Below are positions 9,286 through 18,953 of a DNA stretch of 64,000 nucleotides, one piece after another; the first letter of the stretch is position 1, and the number at the start of each line of letters is the position of its first letter. Under the pieces are notes generated by a model. The model saw only the letters and a program-made list of their open reading frames with translations, was not told the origin of the DNA and did not search any database. This stretch comes from Candidatus Uhrbacteria bacterium (GTDB lineage Bacteria; Patescibacteriota; Patescibacteriia; JACQRZ01). The stretch spans positions 217,910-281,909 of the forward strand of contig JACQSC010000004.1 in assembly GCA_016206155.1 (NCBI GenBank), read 5' to 3'. The translations under genes were made by a program, and so were the position numbers.

Positions 9286-10022
9286 ATCAACCCGGCGAGC
9301 GCTACGATTACGCATGCGTTTTTGTCCTCCCCGTTTTTAACGAGGCGACCATTGTTGAACAATCGGTAACCCTTCTTATGGAGGGCGCGTGTCATTCATT
9401 TGGCCCGGAAGAGCGGTGGAAGATTGTTGTTATCGACAATGGATCAACCGATGATACTCTTGCCATCGCGCACCGTTTTGCACAAGACCATAAGACCATT
9501 ACGGTACTTTCCTGTCCACGTCCTGGAAGGGGTAATGCGATAAAAAAGGCGCTGAGCACATTCCAATCGTCACAGATGTACTGCTACCTTGATATTGATA
9601 TTCCCATTGATACGCACGACATAGCACGCGTCATGGCTCCTATTGTTGAGGGGCGGGCTGACATGGTTATTCCTCGTCGCTGCGGTTCGCGGCCTCTGGT
9701 GCGGAGACTGCTCTCGCTCTGCTATCGCGCGTTGTTTTTTTCATTTTTTCATCTTCCGTATGGTGATGTGCAAGCAGGAGTAAAGGTTTTTTCCCGTCGC
9801 ATCGCGTCGTTGATTCTTGAGGCGTGTAATGAGGAGGGTTATTTTCTTGACACAGAGTGTGTTGTCATCGCGCGGAATAGAGGGTATGCCATTCAGGAGG
9901 TGCCGATTGCATGGATAGAAAAAAGATACGCCAACAGAAAAAGTAAAATATCCCCTATACGAGATTCTGTCTTGGCGCTTCGCGCATTGGCGCGAATATG
10001 GAGACGAATACACAATGTATGA
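9282..10022 (+). CDS. GT2 glycosyltransferase, second copy
   Basis: Motifs VFVLPVFNEA, VVIDNGSTDDT and LDIDIPID. Confidence 0.65.
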   Translation: MNQPGERYDYACVFVLPVFNEATIVEQSVTLLMEGACHSFGPEERWKIVVIDNGSTDDTLAIAHRFAQDHKTITVLSCPRPGRGNAIKKALSTFQSSQMYCYLDIDIPIDTHDIARVMAPIVEGRADMVIPRRCGSRPLVRRLLSLCYRALFFSFFHLPYGDVQAGVKVFSRRIASLILEACNEEGYFLDTECVVIARNRGYAIQEVPIAWIEKRYANRKSKISPIRDSVLALRALARIWRRIHNV

Positions 10023-11722
10023 GCAGGAGTGTACTACTTAAAAGCATCGTAGTTTTTCTTTTCGTGGGGGGCGTTTCATTTTTTGCCAATATCTTTCTTG
10101 CCAACTTTCTGTCAAAGGAGTCAGCCATTTATTACTGGGACTGGTCAACGTTTGAAGTACAGTATTCGCTGGTGACACAAGGCATGAAACATGACCCAGT
10201 GCAGACACTTGCCACTATCTACACCTCACTCATATTCCATCAGTATAGTTTTTTGATTGCGCTTTTTCTCGCGCCATGGGGCTTCCTGTTTGGTACCGAC
10301 AGGGCGGCGTACCTGTTTGGCGTACTGAATGTTTTCGGGCTTCCCGCATTGTTGGTGATCTGCGCTGTTTTTTGGAAATTTATCACGCGAATTGATAAAC
10401 CGACAGCGCCAATTTTTTTTATTCCGTTGGTGGTCGGCATTCTTGATCCTCATTTCTGGAAACCGATTCTTCAGGGATACTACGACGTTGCGGTTGTATT
10501 GGTCATGGGCGCTGTATGGTTGTGCGTGTTGGCACAACAGAAAAATCGAAAGACGTTTTTTAGCGTCACCGCCGGCGTTTTCTTGGCCCTGCTTGCGTTG
10601 ATGCGCCGCTGGACCCCCTTTTGGTCAGTGGCTTTTTTTGCCGCACTCGGCGTTGATTGGCTGATATGCAGAGCGCTCAAGAAAGAGCCGGTATGGAGTA
10701 TGCGCTCCATACTGTATTGCGGGGTTGCCGCACTTTTGAGCTTCTTTCTTATCGCGCCAACGGTTTTTATACACATGGGAACAACACCTTATGCAACCCT
10801 GTACTCTGCATACGCTCTGGGCCGTACACACCTCCAGCTTATGGGTGATGCAATGATTTCCTATGGACTGTTTGGGGTTGGTCTTGCGCTCTACGGATGC
10901 AGTGTCGCGCTTCGGGACAACAGAGTTCGATCATATGCTTTTGTTTTTATCGTGCAAACCCTTTTGACGCTTTTTTTCTTCACCGGCGTGCAGCGCCTTG
11001 ATCCGCACCACCACTATCCTATTGTGCTTGCGGTTATTTTTTTTGAATCCGTTGCCCTATGGTCTCTTTTGCGAAAAGGGATTGCCTCACCGCTTCGATT
11101 GGCGCTTGCAGCAATGGTGTTTATCCTGGCGGCGCTCAATTTTTCCCAGGCATTTATACCACCTGTCCGTGCGCAGATTTCTCAATCGATTTTTTTCTCA
11201 AACGTGTGGCACGACCCGCTGGTTCGCCATGACATTCCCGCGCTTAAAGCATTGATTACATTCGTTGAAGAGACGACACCGCGCAACTCGCCCATCTATG
11301 TCCTTGCGTCCTCCGGGATTCTGAACGATGATATCATAAAATATTCCTGTCGATACGCAAGATTACAGACGAGCCTGTGTGATCGTCTTCTTCCCACCAA
11401 CCACGTCGATCGACGCGACGGCTTTCCAAAGCATTTTTTCAATGCCGAGGCCGTGATTACAACGTCGCCCACCCAATACCATCTTCTCTCACGGGACCAG
11501 AAAGTCATCGGCGCTCTTGCCCAAGCGCTTCACGAGAAGCGCGCAGTCGGGCGCGCCTACAAGAAGGCAGATACGGTGTTCCGCCTTGATGATGGCGTCA
11601 CGGCGGAGGTGTATTACAAGATTCGGGATCCGCTGCCCGAGGAGCTGTCCGATCTTGATGAGATGTTTGAAAAAAATCCTCTCTGGGACGCGCCATCTAT
11701 CTTTTTTCAGGGCGCGCGGTAA
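9998..11722 (+). CDS. polytopic membrane protein with a C-terminal soluble domain (possible GT-C-like glycosyltransferase)
   Basis: At least 10 hydrophobic helices in the first ~380 aa, located in the glycosyltransferase cluster. Confidence 0.35.
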   Translation: METNTQCMSRSVLLKSIVVFLFVGGVSFFANIFLANFLSKESAIYYWDWSTFEVQYSLVTQGMKHDPVQTLATIYTSLIFHQYSFLIALFLAPWGFLFGTDRAAYLFGVLNVFGLPALLVICAVFWKFITRIDKPTAPIFFIPLVVGILDPHFWKPILQGYYDVAVVLVMGAVWLCVLAQQKNRKTFFSVTAGVFLALLALMRRWTPFWSVAFFAALGVDWLICRALKKEPVWSMRSILYCGVAALLSFFLIAPTVFIHMGTTPYATLYSAYALGRTHLQLMGDAMISYGLFGVGLALYGCSVALRDNRVRSYAFVFIVQTLLTLFFFTGVQRLDPHHHYPIVLAVIFFESVALWSLLRKGIASPLRLALAAMVFILAALNFSQAFIPPVRAQISQSIFFSNVWHDPLVRHDIPALKALITFVEETTPRNSPIYVLASSGILNDDIIKYSCRYARLQTSLCDRLLPTNHVDRRDGFPKHFFNAEAVITTSPTQYHLLSRDQKVIGALAQALHEKRAVGRAYKKADTVFRLDDGVTAEVYYKIRDPLPEELSDLDEMFEKNPLWDAPSIFFQGAR

Positions 11723-11756
11723 TATGGAATAGTAATTTCCTAAAAAAATTCATTCT

Positions 11757-12725
11757 ATGATGCACGAAGCTATTGCAGGTTTTGCAAAACAATTTGCATG
11801 GGAGCCTAAAGTTGAGAGACCAACAAAGAAAAAATTTAAAAGGGTGATCGTCGCGGGCATGGGGGGATCGCATTTGGCGGCAGACCTTCTCAAAAGCGTC
11901 CATAGGGAAATCCATATGAATATCCATAGGGATTATGGCTTGCCGTTTATTGCGCCAAGCGAGCGATCGGACACGCTCGTGATTGCAAGCTCGTATTCCG
12001 GAAACACTGAGGAAACAATCGATGCGTTTAAGGAAGCCGGAAAAAAGGGAGTCGCGCGCGCTGCAATAGCTATTGGAGGCAAACTTGAGAAGGTGGCTCG
12101 CGCCGCGCGAGTGCCGTATGTGCAGATGCCCGATACCGGCATTCAGCCTCGCTCGGCGCTGGGGTTTAGCATCAAAGGACTCGCCGCGCTGATGGAGCTT
12201 TCATCATTTACTATGGAGCTGTCGCGTCTCGCAAAAACATTAAAACCCGCGGCGAAGGAAGCACGAGGGAAAACACTTGCCAGAACACTCAAAGGAACCA
12301 TACCCATGGTCTATGCTTCGACCATGAATGAGGCGGTTGCGTATAATTGGAAGATTAAATGTAATGAGACCGGAAAAATTCCTGCGTTTTATAATGTTAT
12401 TCCAGAGCTTAACCACAATGAGATGACGGGATTTGACCATACGCTCAAGAGTGCGGGGCTTTCAAAAAAGTTTACGGTGTTGTTTCTTGCAGATGATGAT
12501 GATAATCCGCGAGTACAAAAACGCATGGCGATTCTTATAAAGCTTTACCGCAGCAGGGGACTTCAATGCGTTACCGTTCCCTTGAAAGGAGACGGCCGGT
12601 GGATGAAGATATTTTCATCCCTTGTACTTGCCGATTGGATTGCATACTATACGGCACTTTCCTACGGCGCAGAGCCAGAGCAGGTGCCGATGGTTGAGGA
12701 GTTTAAGGAGATGATTGCGCGATAA
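11757..12725 (+). CDS. SIS-domain bifunctional phosphoglucose/phosphomannose isomerase-like
   Basis: Motif VIVAGMGGSHLAADLL, a length of 322 aa, and archaeal-type PGI/PMI architecture. Confidence 0.55.
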   Translation: MMHEAIAGFAKQFAWEPKVERPTKKKFKRVIVAGMGGSHLAADLLKSVHREIHMNIHRDYGLPFIAPSERSDTLVIASSYSGNTEETIDAFKEAGKKGVARAAIAIGGKLEKVARAARVPYVQMPDTGIQPRSALGFSIKGLAALMELSSFTMELSRLAKTLKPAAKEARGKTLARTLKGTIPMVYASTMNEAVAYNWKIKCNETGKIPAFYNVIPELNHNEMTGFDHTLKSAGLSKKFTVLFLADDDDNPRVQKRMAILIKLYRSRGLQCVTVPLKGDGRWMKIFSSLVLADWIAYYTALSYGAEPEQVPMVEEFKEMIAR

Positions 12726-12858
12726 GAACTACTCTATCGGGTTATTGCCCATCGGGACCGGGTATTTTTCTGCTGAAAAATCCCTTAAACTCATGCCGTC
12801 GCATTCCGTATGTCCCTCTGGACAAAAACCCGATAGAGGGCTTCGTAATTTATGGAAA
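12726..12858. repeat. Structured intergenic element 'type A', copy 1: long closing stem plus internal hairpins, exactly filling the gap between convergent genes
   Basis: About 85% identical over ~100 nt to 26479..26613. The terminal stem ctctatcgggtt/aacccgatagag changes in a compensatory way in copy 2. Confidence 0.6.
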
Positions 12859-15798
12859 TTATAAACCGAGTGGCGCAAGGACAGAGGAATTCGGAAGATA
12901 GAACTGGGTCTGCGGAATAATCTCTTTTGGAATGCGGGAATGAGACCACGAGAGTCGAACGCGCGCATCGCCAGAATATTCTGCATAAACAACGCGGATA
13001 TAATAGAGGCGATCGCGCAAAAGCGTTTTTGTCGCTGTGTATTCTTGGGTTACGTTTGAACCTGTTGATATGAGCGGTGCCGCGGTTGGTGAAATGTGTG
13101 TATCGCCGATATAAAGAGCGGCGTGGTCGTCGGCTTGGAGATGGAACGTGTATGTTCCCTCATACTGGGGTTGGAGAAATCCCTCCCAACGAACAGAGTA
13201 GTTGTCTGTCGGAAGGCGCTCATCGACTTCACGTTCGCCCCATGGAAAATTAACTTTTACATCGGTCCGCTCAAAAACCGGATAAGGGAGCGCAACTTTT
13301 TCGGCAGTGTCAGCGCCCCTGTAATACCGTCCGCGCAAACCCGTTCCGTTACCACGCGGGCGGATCGGTTCAGGCGCAGGGTAGAGATATGCGCGGGGTA
13401 CAATTTCACGTGCGCGCCCACCTCGTTCCCAGAGGAGCTGGATGCCGGTTGGTCCGTCAACATCATAGGTTTCAATGCGAATAGGATATTTACCATGGTC
13501 GAGATATTTTGAAACACGATATTCGGTCGGATATGTCGATACCCGTCGCCATTCGTTCATAAGCATTGCGCTATTTTGATCAACCTCTTGAGATCCTTTG
13601 TCCCCGATCCACAAGTGAATACCGTCATCGACTCGTACGGTAAAGGTATATGTTCCTTTTTCCGGCGCCTCAATCCAACCGGTCCAGCGGACGGAGAAGT
13701 GATCGCGGGGAATTGCGGGGTCGGGCGTACCGTCCCCCCAGAGCAAATTAATTGTTGGATCGATTCGCGTAATGCCAAGCAAGGAAAGGCGGTCATCAAT
13801 AAAGTACTCACCCCAGAGGCCGGTTCCCGTTCCGTTCGCGCTACCAGATCCGCTTGCCCCACCAGTTCCGGCAGATGATATATCCGTCTTTGGAAGCGGG
13901 GTTGGATAGAGATGCTTTTTTGAGATGATTTCTCGGGCGGAACCCTTTCGTTGCCAGAACAGCTGAATGCCCGCTGGGCTGTCGAATTCAAAGTATTCCA
14001 CCCGTATCGGATATCGTTGCCCCGCCTCAAACCTTTTTTCCGCTGTATACTCTTCCATATAGTTCGACACGCGCCGCCATTCGTCCATAAGTTTCTCCTC
14101 GTCAATCCAGAGACGAATACCGTCGTCAACCCGCGCGACGATGGTATACGTTCCGCTCTCCGGCGCCTCAATCCAGCCGGTCCAGCGCGCGGAAAAGTGG
14201 TCTGCGTGCACAGCGGGGTCAGGAGCACGTTCGCGCCAGTCAAAGTTGATTGCTTCAGCCGGGTGTTGTGCCTTTAATGTCTCAAAGTTTTCTCCATCAA
14301 AATACTCGCCGAGTAGTCCTGTCCCTTGAAGCTTCGGCACGAGGGTGGCATACAGCGCCTCGCGCGGGACGATGGTGCGCTTGCCGTCAGATCCAGACCA
14401 CTGCAGGTTTATATTCGCAGTTTGGGTGTATTCTGTATACTCGAGCGCTAAAGAATACCGACGGCCCTGCTCAAGAAGAATCGGAAGCGCATGATTTATT
14501 TTTCCCGCGCGCATGCCCGTGGTATCAAGTACCGCATGCCCATCAATCGTAAGTTTTATACGATCGTCAACCCGGCTTGAGAATTGATAAAAGTCTGTCC
14601 GTTGTGCCTCTATTTCCCCGGTCCACTTCACTGAAAAATGATCGCTGTTGACCGGTCCGGTTTTCGGCGATCCGCGCCCCCAATCAAAGTTGATTGTCGG
14701 ATCAAGACGGGAAAAAGCCTGCTGTTCAAAATGTTCCCCGTTGTAGTACAGCCCCGCAAGGCCAGTTCCTTGCTTTTTTGGCTGTTGCTGTGCGCGGAGA
14801 GGAGCATAGAGCGCAGAGCGGGGAATGAGCTCCTTTTCCGGCGAAACAGCGTTTGACCAGAGGAGGCGCGCGCGGGCAACGCCACTTTCTTGGCGATAGG
14901 TCAGCGTGAAAGGATATAGTTTTCCCGCGACGAGAAACACCGACCCGGTTCGCTGTTCTGCCGGACCCTCGGATTGCGTTGATATCTCGGCTTTTCCATC
15001 TTCCCCTTGAAGTGAAAACGCAACGGGTCCGTCCGCGCTCGTATGAAAGCGGTAAAACGTAGATATGCGCGGCTCGATCTCTCCTGACCACGCAACGTCG
15101 AAGCGAAATTTTTCTTTGTTTTGAAAATCGACAGGAAGATCGAGTGAAACCGTTTGATCGGTGCGCGTGACCCGATAGGTCTCTGAATCAATATATTGCG
15201 TGATTGTTGCAAGGGCTCCGCTTCCTTTTCCTGCTGGAAGAAGTGCGGGAAGCGGCTCGGCGGAAAGATAGCGTGACGGAATAATTTCCCATACGCCGTC
15301 TGGTGTGCGCCACCAAAGCTGAACAAGGCCATTGTTCTGGCTGTGGCGTGATTTTAATCTGAGATGATAGGTGCGCCCCAGCTCAAAAAACGATTTCCTC
15401 GAAGAGGTGAATTCATAGGTGCCGGGCGTGCGCACGACAGCATCAGAGGGGGCGCCCTCGATAAGGAGCTCGTCGTTGACCCACAGCGCCGCCGCGCCAT
15501 CGCTAATAATGGTGAAAGCATACGTTCCGGTTGCGGGAGGATGGAGGTCGCCCCTCCACTCGGCTGTAAAAAAATCACTGCCAACCGGCGGGCGATTGGT
15601 CGCGTCCCATCGAAAGGAAATGCGCTCATCGGTGCGCATGGCGCCGATGTCACTGTTTCGTTCGATGCGCGTGATGGGATCGCCCGTGCTGTCATAATAG
15701 ATGCCGCGCAGTCCCGCAGACTCCTCGGCAAAAACGTCGCTTACAGCGGACATGGCAAGAAACAGCGCCAAAAGAAAGATACGTGCAAGATATTTCAT
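12859..15798 (-). CDS. Secreted protein with about five tandem PA14 domains
   Basis: Signal peptide MKYLARIFLLALFLAMSAVS. Repeated GL[RAL]G.Y[YF].....INF.W....P......F.S.RWTG.I.....Y.F....DDG..L.I motifs. Confidence 0.7.
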   Translation of the reverse strand: MKYLARIFLLALFLAMSAVSDVFAEESAGLRGIYYDSTGDPITRIERNSDIGAMRTDERISFRWDATNRPPVGSDFFTAEWRGDLHPPATGTYAFTIISDGAAALWVNDELLIEGAPSDAVVRTPGTYEFTSSRKSFFELGRTYHLRLKSRHSQNNGLVQLWWRTPDGVWEIIPSRYLSAEPLPALLPAGKGSGALATITQYIDSETYRVTRTDQTVSLDLPVDFQNKEKFRFDVAWSGEIEPRISTFYRFHTSADGPVAFSLQGEDGKAEISTQSEGPAEQRTGSVFLVAGKLYPFTLTYRQESGVARARLLWSNAVSPEKELIPRSALYAPLRAQQQPKKQGTGLAGLYYNGEHFEQQAFSRLDPTINFDWGRGSPKTGPVNSDHFSVKWTGEIEAQRTDFYQFSSRVDDRIKLTIDGHAVLDTTGMRAGKINHALPILLEQGRRYSLALEYTEYTQTANINLQWSGSDGKRTIVPREALYATLVPKLQGTGLLGEYFDGENFETLKAQHPAEAINFDWRERAPDPAVHADHFSARWTGWIEAPESGTYTIVARVDDGIRLWIDEEKLMDEWRRVSNYMEEYTAEKRFEAGQRYPIRVEYFEFDSPAGIQLFWQRKGSAREIISKKHLYPTPLPKTDISSAGTGGASGSGSANGTGTGLWGEYFIDDRLSLLGITRIDPTINLLWGDGTPDPAIPRDHFSVRWTGWIEAPEKGTYTFTVRVDDGIHLWIGDKGSQEVDQNSAMLMNEWRRVSTYPTEYRVSKYLDHGKYPIRIETYDVDGPTGIQLLWERGGRAREIVPRAYLYPAPEPIRPRGNGTGLRGRYYRGADTAEKVALPYPVFERTDVKVNFPWGEREVDERLPTDNYSVRWEGFLQPQYEGTYTFHLQADDHAALYIGDTHISPTAAPLISTGSNVTQEYTATKTLLRDRLYYIRVVYAEYSGDARVRLSWSHSRIPKEIIPQTQFYLPNSSVLAPLGL

Positions 15799-15919
15799 AG
15801 TGTCAACCCTATCACGCCGGCGCCATAAAATCAACTGATCTCGCACGCGCAGACCGCGTGCATTTCATTGACGAAAAAAATATGGTATGCTTGAAGTATA
15901 ATTCTTCACAAAGATCAAT

Positions 15920-16618
15920 ATGTGGAAAAAGTACGGTCTCATTATTGGCGCGTTGGTGATTGGGCTTGTCGGTGTCGTCTATTATGCCGTGCAGTTTGCT
16001 TCTTATCAGAAGCCCGAAAAGCAGGAGCCACAAGAACAGGCTCAAGCTGGAGAATGGTTTGACGGTGCATCGGGCGGCGGGCCTGGCGGTGGTGCACTTG
16101 AGGGCGCATCTGGCGGCGGTGCATCGGGCGGCTGGCCTGGCGGTGGTGCACCAGATGGCGCGGCAGTGGCGCCGCTCGCAGGGACGTCAGAGATTCCCAA
16201 TGCCGGATCAGCAGAAGGGATGACACTTCCTCCGGCACAGCCCCCTACTTTTGGCACGACAGTGCCACCGGTTGGTACGCCATCAGCAGCAGCGCCGGCG
16301 GATGCCGGCACTCCTCCTCCTGCGCCAATCGTTATTTCCTATGACGGAAAATCGTATACTCCCGCAAGCGTTGAAATAAAAAAGGGTGACCTTGTCATGT
16401 TTGTGAACATGGGAGAAGGAGAGATGTGGCCCGCATCGGCCATGCACCCAACGCACGCGGTCTACCCAACGATAGGCGTGTGTGGTGGAAGCACCTTTGA
16501 TGCTTGTGCCGGAGTTCCTGCCGGTGGGCAGTGGTCGTTTGTTTTTGACAAAGTGGGAAGCTGGAAATATCACGACCACCTCAATCCAAGCGTTCGCGGA
16601 ACGGTTAATGTGAAATAA
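15920..16618 (+). CDS. Membrane-anchored protein with a Gly/Pro-rich linker and a C-terminal cupredoxin-like domain
   Basis: N-terminal TM helix, then EIKKGDLVMFVNMGEGEMWPASAMHPTH and WKYHDHLNPSVRGTVNV near the C-terminus. Confidence 0.3.
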   Translation: MWKKYGLIIGALVIGLVGVVYYAVQFASYQKPEKQEPQEQAQAGEWFDGASGGGPGGGALEGASGGGASGGWPGGGAPDGAAVAPLAGTSEIPNAGSAEGMTLPPAQPPTFGTTVPPVGTPSAAAPADAGTPPPAPIVISYDGKSYTPASVEIKKGDLVMFVNMGEGEMWPASAMHPTHAVYPTIGVCGGSTFDACAGVPAGGQWSFVFDKVGSWKYHDHLNPSVRGTVNVK

Positions 16619-17439
16619 TGAAGCTTCAGCTTTACCTTACAACTGCCCTCTTGTCCGGCGCGGCATATCTCCTTTCGCTCTACGCAACGTCGGAGCGGGG
16701 CGAGCTTGATTTTTCTGCGCCTGCGACAGTCGTGGGGAGCGGTGGCGTTGATGAGCTTCTTTTGTTCCTTCTCTTTTTTGCCTGCGCAACCGCGTTTATG
16801 ATTGCTCTCTTTCGCATCTATCGGGGGACCGCGCTTTATCGAGTGCTGTTTTCGCTGGTTGCGGTTTTGGGGCTGGTGAAGCTGTTTGAAACAGTTTTTC
16901 CGCTCGAGTTCTCCGCAACGGTTGCGCTTGTCTTTCTTCTTGGGCTCTTTGTTGTTCCGACGGTATGGACGCACGATATCATTGTTATACTTGCGTCAGC
17001 GGGTATCGGATCGATGTTTGCCTTAAACTTTTCTGAATACACCGCGATCGCTCTTCTCTTGATCCTTTCTCTCTATGATGGCATCGCTGTTGTTGTCACG
17101 AAGCATATGATCGCGCTTGCGCATGAAATGATTCGCCATCAGGCAACATTTGCTCTTTTTGTTCCCGAACGATTGCGCGGCTTTGCCGCAGCGATCGGTA
17201 CGATTCGTCCAGGCGCCGGTTTCCTTGTCTTTGGCGGGGGCGATCTTGTTCTTCCGATGATATACTTATCTGTAATTGCCCGGGAGAGTACAACGCTCGC
17301 TGGATATGGCGTTGGCGGAGCTCTTGTTGGACAGTTCCTTAATCATATGTTTCTCACCACGCTACGAAAGCCAATACCGGCGCTCCCTTTAATCGCGCTG
17401 GGTGCGATTGCGGGCGTAGCGCTGGGGCGCTTTATATGA
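16618..17439 (+). CDS. GxGD intramembrane aspartyl protease, presenilin/SPP-like
   Basis: Motifs LYDGIAV (YD), FGGGDLVLP (GxGD) and KPIPALPL (PAL), each within a hydrophobic segment. Confidence 0.5.
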   Translation: MKLQLYLTTALLSGAAYLLSLYATSERGELDFSAPATVVGSGGVDELLLFLLFFACATAFMIALFRIYRGTALYRVLFSLVAVLGLVKLFETVFPLEFSATVALVFLLGLFVVPTVWTHDIIVILASAGIGSMFALNFSEYTAIALLLILSLYDGIAVVVTKHMIALAHEMIRHQATFALFVPERLRGFAAAIGTIRPGAGFLVFGGGDLVLPMIYLSVIARESTTLAGYGVGGALVGQFLNHMFLTTLRKPIPALPLIALGAIAGVALGRFI

Positions 17440-18905
17440 AAACACTGATATTCAAACGGACGCTTCTGCTCGGCGCCATTGTCATTGCACTGTCAACGAT
17501 GGGGCTCTCGTGTACTTTTTTTCAATCGGAAGACGCTGTTAAAGAGGCACAACGTCCCATTACGCTTGAGTTCTGGGGTGTTTTTGATGAAGGATCCTCA
17601 TTTGATCCTCTCATCGCCGCGTATCGAATAGAACATCCAAACGTTACCATCAATTACCGTAAATTTCGCCCCGAGGAATACGAGCAGGAGATTATTGAGG
17701 CGCTTGCCGAGGATCGCGGACCAGATATCCTTGCCATTCATAACACATGGGTAGACAAGTACATCAACAAGCTGGCGCCAATGCCACCGGTGATGAATAT
17801 CAGTTTTGTTGTGACAAAGGGCAAGGTAAAACAGGTGACCGAGGCAGAGGTGCGCCAGATAAAAGGATACACGCCCGCCTCTATTCAAGAGGCATTTGTG
17901 CCGACGGTAGTTGACGATGTGATTCGGTTCATTGACGGGAGTCCGCGCATTCTCGGCCTGCCGTTCTCGGTTGATACGCTCGCGCTTTTTTATAATCAGA
18001 CACTCTTGCGAAACACCGGCGTGATTCTCGCGCCGCCAAAGTATTGGGCGGTTTCGGATGACGATCCTCAGGCGACGCAGAAGCGCGTGTTGTTTCAGGA
18101 TTTTGTATCGCAGGCAGCGAGATTGACCGTCTTTACTGACGAGATGACAAGGGAAATTATTCAATCCGGCGCGGCATTTGGCAGCGCGAATAACATCGCG
18201 CGCGCCAACGACATACTTGCAACCCTTATGCTGCAGAACGGCAGCCAGATGGCTGGTGATAGTACGGTTAACTTCGATTACGACCCTTCCTTCCCGCGCC
18301 CGCTTGCCGTCAATCCGGGTGTTGAGGCGTTGCGCTTCTACACGGATTTTGCCTCTCCGTCTAAACAGATCTATGTCTGGAACGAGACGTTCCCTGAGAG
18401 TTTTGAGGCGTTTGCGCAAGGCAGAACAGTGATGTTTTTTGGCTATTCGTATCATGCGAGCCAGCTGGCGTCGCGCGCGCCCCAGCTTCGGTTGGGGGTG
18501 GCGCCTGTTCCTCAAATTAATCCAAACCGGCCGGCTGTTTCCGCCAACTATTGGGTGAATGGCGTTTCACGGAAATCAAAGAACCAAGAGTATGCGTGGG
18601 ATTTTTTGCGCTTTGCAACACAGCCGGAAGTGCTAAAAGGTTATCTTGCGGCCGCCAAGCGCCCCACACCACTGCGCAGCCTCATTGATGAGCAAAAAAA
18701 AGATCCACAACTCGAACCGTTTGTGTCCCAGCTTTTTTATGCCCGTAACTGGTATCATGGCAAGAACCCCTCCTCTATGGAAAATGCATTTACCGAAATG
18801 ATTAACGGCGCGTTTCAGAGCAAAGCCTCATCGAACGAGGAGCATCGTGCAGAATTGACCCGCCTCATGGACGACGCGCAAAAAATCATCCAAAATGGGT
18901 GGTGA
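17436..18905 (+). CDS. ABC transporter solute-binding lipoprotein (carbohydrate-type)
   Basis: N-terminus LSTMGLSCTFF (lipobox-like), with overall extracellular solute-binding protein features. Confidence 0.6.
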   Translation: MKTLIFKRTLLLGAIVIALSTMGLSCTFFQSEDAVKEAQRPITLEFWGVFDEGSSFDPLIAAYRIEHPNVTINYRKFRPEEYEQEIIEALAEDRGPDILAIHNTWVDKYINKLAPMPPVMNISFVVTKGKVKQVTEAEVRQIKGYTPASIQEAFVPTVVDDVIRFIDGSPRILGLPFSVDTLALFYNQTLLRNTGVILAPPKYWAVSDDDPQATQKRVLFQDFVSQAARLTVFTDEMTREIIQSGAAFGSANNIARANDILATLMLQNGSQMAGDSTVNFDYDPSFPRPLAVNPGVEALRFYTDFASPSKQIYVWNETFPESFEAFAQGRTVMFFGYSYHASQLASRAPQLRLGVAPVPQINPNRPAVSANYWVNGVSRKSKNQEYAWDFLRFATQPEVLKGYLAAAKRPTPLRSLIDEQKKDPQLEPFVSQLFYARNWYHGKNPSSMENAFTEMINGAFQSKASSNEEHRAELTRLMDDAQKIIQNGW

Positions 18906-18953
18906 TAAAAAAATTTCAGATTTCAGATTTATGATTTTTGACGAAATATAGTC

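Noticed and set aside
13557-14243. 228-aa minus-strand ORF (different frame) and several plus-strand ORFs within 13050-15828
   Set aside because: They overlap the PA14 multi-domain gene, whose repeat structure and signal peptide make it the real coding frame.
17598-18515. 305-aa minus-strand ORF
   Set aside because: Fully antisense to the solute-binding protein gene; Arg/Leu-rich and motif-free, typical of a shadow ORF.
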